The notes under the pieces are model-generated. The model saw nothing but the letters and a program-made list of their open reading frames with translations. It was not told where the DNA came from and did no database searches. A stretch of 64,000 nucleotides of DNA from Lepidodermella squamata (Eukaryota; Animalia; Gastrotricha). The DNA lies in contig JBLDXI010000042.1 in assembly GCA_047495785.1 (NCBI GenBank), forward strand, positions 2,480,001 through 2,544,000, given 5' to 3'. Made by a program: the position numbers and the translations under genes. Shown piece by piece: positions 61,250 through 64,000 of the stretch; the first letter of the stretch is position 1; every line of letters starts with the position of its first letter.

Positions 61250-61984
61250 TAGATCTATCATATTTTTTCAACTCATCATTTCTAAAATTAAACCTGTGAA
61301 AGTTGATGCCTTCGATCAATAAGGAAATATTTCTGAAAATAAATCATAGTAAGTGATCATTTTGGGTCGATTAAGTCGCCAGGTGTGCATAGTCTCATTA
61401 GCGAAATTAACTTATCACGTGTCATGACGATCAAAATTTTTAATCTCAGCAATTTCGCAGCTTCGCCTTCTAAAATGCTTACCTCGTTAGCAGATCCCAT
61501 GTAGTTCAATGGCAGTCTCTAAAGAGCAAAAAAGGCAGTGTTTAGCTAAAATCTTGCTTGCAATTATGAGCATAGTAACAGCGTTGGGAACGTGTATTTT
61601 TGTCGCTGAACTGGTTAGAAAAATTCAATCGGCAGACATGAGGTACGATAACGATTAATTTTTTTTCATTATTTTACTGGCCTTATCTATTCAGTTGCTT
61701 GAACGGAACGATTCATAGTCATGGGATTAAATTCAACACTTTTATCGTAAATTCACGCCAGCAGAATGACGCAGCGAGATTGACCCTTTCTGGAGCGCGA
61801 AATGAACAGGTAATGACAACGACTGCACCCGAACAGGAACTGGCGAGAATGGCGAAAACCAGACGGATAATGCTTAAATGGGATAACCCGTATGAAAACT
61901 GAGCTACGGCTTCTCAATAACTGCAATTTTTTATTCTTTTATTTTTTCAATTCATGAGAATAAAACACTGTTGCAACAACTTGT

Positions 61985-62000
61985 GGCCCTGAAAAGGGCC
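61985..62000 (-). promoter_or_regulatory. Histone 3' stem-loop (H2B)
   Basis: Minus strand GGCCCTTTTCAGGGCC followed by ACA, ~40 nt after the stop. Confidence 0.95.
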
Positions 62001-62038
62001 GGTTCGGAGTCAGAAGACGGTGTTGATGTCTTCATGGC

Positions 62039-62413
62039 TTATTTCGAGCTGGTGTACTTGGTGACGGCCTTGGTACCTTCTGAAACGGCGTGCTTGGCAA
62101 GCTCGCCAGGCAGAAGGAGACGCACAGCCGTTTGTACCTCTCGACTGCTGATGGTGGCCTTCTTGTTGTAGTGGGCCAGGCGCGACGACTCGAGAGCGAT
62201 GCGCTCGAAGATGTCGTTGACGAACGAGTTCATGATGGCCATAGCCTTGCCGGAGATGCCGGTGTCAGGGTGAACCTGCTTCAACACCTTGTAGATGTAG
62301 ATGTTGTACGACTCGCGGCGGCGATGACGCTTTTTCTTCTCACCAGCGGTCTTCGGCTTCGCGGCCTTCTTCGAACCCTTCGAGGCAACTTTACCAGTAA
62401 CCTTCGGCGACAT
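62039..62413 (-). CDS. H2B: Histone H2B
   Basis: [44 protein letters not shown]; intronless; true start MSPK at 62413. Confidence 0.98.
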   Translation of the reverse strand: MSPKVTGKVASKGSKKAAKPKTAGEKKKRHRRRESYNIYIYKVLKQVHPDTGISGKAMAIMNSFVNDIFERIALESSRLAHYNKKATISSREVQTAVRLLLPGELAKHAVSEGTKAVTKYTSSK

Positions 62414-62807
62414 GATGATTGATTTAGATTGTAAGCGGTGATAAAGCGAAAAGTTAATACAACTTCCGAACAATCTAGGCACGCAATTTCGCTATCGTTA
62501 TAACATCCGGTCGGCATTAGCGCGCGCGTCCTGTTACGCTAACGAGTGTGGCGTTTCAAATTAAGATGCGCACGTGCCTCGCAGCCAATAAATTTCGAGC
62601 AACGACGCGCGCGCGGTAAAACTACGCAATTTGATTGGCTAATAAAGTAGTAAACACCGAGTTTGAAAATTTGAACTTTTTAAATTGGAAAATCAACGCC
62701 AAAGTGGGGTATATAAGAGAAAATCAGGTGCTCGGCAAAATTTGTTCGTGCTCAGACTGCAAATTTCGCATTCTTTTCGCTTTTAAAACTCAACAACATC
62801 ATCAACA
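62414..62807. promoter_or_regulatory. Bidirectional H2B/H2A promoter
   Basis: AGCCAAT ~62583 and ATTGGCT ~62634 (CCAAT boxes); TATATAAG ~62710 for H2A and TTATAA ~62497 for H2B. Confidence 0.7.
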
Positions 62808-63251
62808 ATGTCCGCTCCAGCTGCTGGTCGTGGTAAGGGAGGCAAGGCTAACCGCCAGAAGGCCAAGACGAAGTCATCGCGTGCTGGTCTCCAATTTCCG
62901 GTCGGTCGTATCACCCGTCTGTTGAAGCGCGGTAACTACGCCGAGCGTGTCGGCGCAGGTGCGCCCGTGTACCTCGCCGCCGTCATGGAGTACCTGGCAG
63001 CTGAAGTGCTCGAGTTGGCCGGTAACGCCGCTCGTGATAACAAGAAAACGCGCATCGTGCCTCGCCACATCCAACTGGCCATCCGCAACGACGAGGAGTT
63101 GAACAAGCTGCTGTCGCACGTTACGATTGCTCAGGGTGGTGTTCTGCCCAACATCCAGACCGTCCTGCTGCCCAAGAAGTCGGCTGAGGCACCCGCTGCC
63201 AAGCCGGCGTCTGGTGGCAAGAAGAAGGCCGCCGCTAGCCAATCTCAGTAA
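62808..63251 (+). CDS. H2A: Histone H2A with extended C-terminal tail ending SQSQ (H2A.X-like)
   Basis: [51 protein letters not shown]; 147 aa. Confidence 0.97.
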   Translation: MSAPAAGRGKGGKANRQKAKTKSSRAGLQFPVGRITRLLKRGNYAERVGAGAPVYLAAVMEYLAAEVLELAGNAARDNKKTRIVPRHIQLAIRNDEELNKLLSHVTIAQGGVLPNIQTVLLPKKSAEAPAAKPASGGKKKAAASQSQ

Positions 63252-63291
63252 GCGACATCATCATCTGGCAGCTTTTCAAAAAGCATGAACC

Positions 63292-63307
63292 GGCCCTTTT
63301 CAGGGCC
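63292..63307 (+). promoter_or_regulatory. Histone 3' stem-loop (H2A), with AATAAA at 63328
   Basis: GGCCCTTTTCAGGGCC-ACA. Confidence 0.95.
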
Positions 63308-64000
63308 ACAAGTTATTGCAACAGTGTAATAAAAGTCATTCCCGTTTCAAAAGAAATAAATTTGATTTGAAAAACAAATTACAATTTCCGTGACTCGTAT
63401 CAGTCTCGATGCACATCACGCCAACTTTTTGTCTATTGTCGTCGTTTTCTCTCGATAAATATTGTCTTGGCAGGGAAAGCAGACATCCTTTAATAATTAA
63501 CAACATTAATTTTTAACAACTTTAGCGTCATCCGATGTCGCATTTGACATGGGTGTTTACCTATTGTTCATGTGAGGCAAACAAAGCGGGGAACGATGCC
63601 GGAATTATTATAAATTCAATGTTTTCTGACTTACGCCGCCGCGCCGTATAGCTGTCGAGCTAATATTATATTCATTGGAAAATGCAAAGTGAAGCAGGAT
63701 TATACTGGCAGTCGAAAATTCTGAGCAACTGAGCCAAGCCACTATTAAGCCGTAAAGTCGAATTCCAGCTGCTGATCAAGCCTTATTTAAGCGCTATTTT
63801 CAACAATAATTCAATCCAGCTCACTAAAAATATAATTAATTAGCCTTTTATTATTTGAATGATTTACTGCGCGGCGTTTATCTGGTGTTGCGAGACCGTG
63901 AAATAAGATGGGGAATGGGGGAGAAAGATCCCGCCGGAGAGCAGCGGCAAAAACAAGATATAAATTTACTTTCTTGAAGTTGGAAATATTTCGGAAAACA

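Noticed and set aside
63248-63271. Possible intron (gtaagc..cag) extending the H2A tail
   Set aside because: Only 24 nt, far below local intron size, and the gene has a stem-loop typical of intronless histones.

Overview
Eukaryotic (compact invertebrate-type) genomic DNA with short (~50-60 nt) GT-AG introns. The left 25 kb holds ordinary genes: an FNDC3-like gene (partial), an endosomal Na+/H+ exchanger, an Mtl/MIG-2-type Rho GTPase, a small membrane protein, an intron-containing DUF885 metallopeptidase-like gene and a divergent GABA-B-like class C GPCR. From ~25.0 to 60.2 kb lies a ~35 kb minus-strand tandem array of about 20 genes plus pseudogene fragments. By manual count they encode roughly 50 stand-alone copies of a piggyBac-transposase-type C-terminal cysteine-rich zinc domain (H-x-L...CxxC...T-x-Y/F-CxxC-xx-KP-x-I/LCxxCF-xx-H), and none has a transposase catalytic core. 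Several add a shared N-terminal C2H2+C2HC module and short motifs resembling CtBP (PxDLS/T), HP1 (PxVxL/M), HCF-1 (DHNY), SUMO and AT-hook sites. I infer a domesticated, rapidly evolving family of chromatin repressors, analogous to KRAB/ZAD/THAP zinc-finger clusters. Many of these genes are only 39-180 bp apart with a splice acceptor just before the ATG, which is operon-like. The array is peppered with MITEs, including a TTAA-flanked piggyBac-type element inside one gene. A 1723-aa kringle/PAN/Ig surface-protein gene is embedded in the array. The window ends with an isolated divergent H2B-H2A pair sharing an unusual 41-nt 3' block. All gene models and domain calls were made by eye, without database searches.
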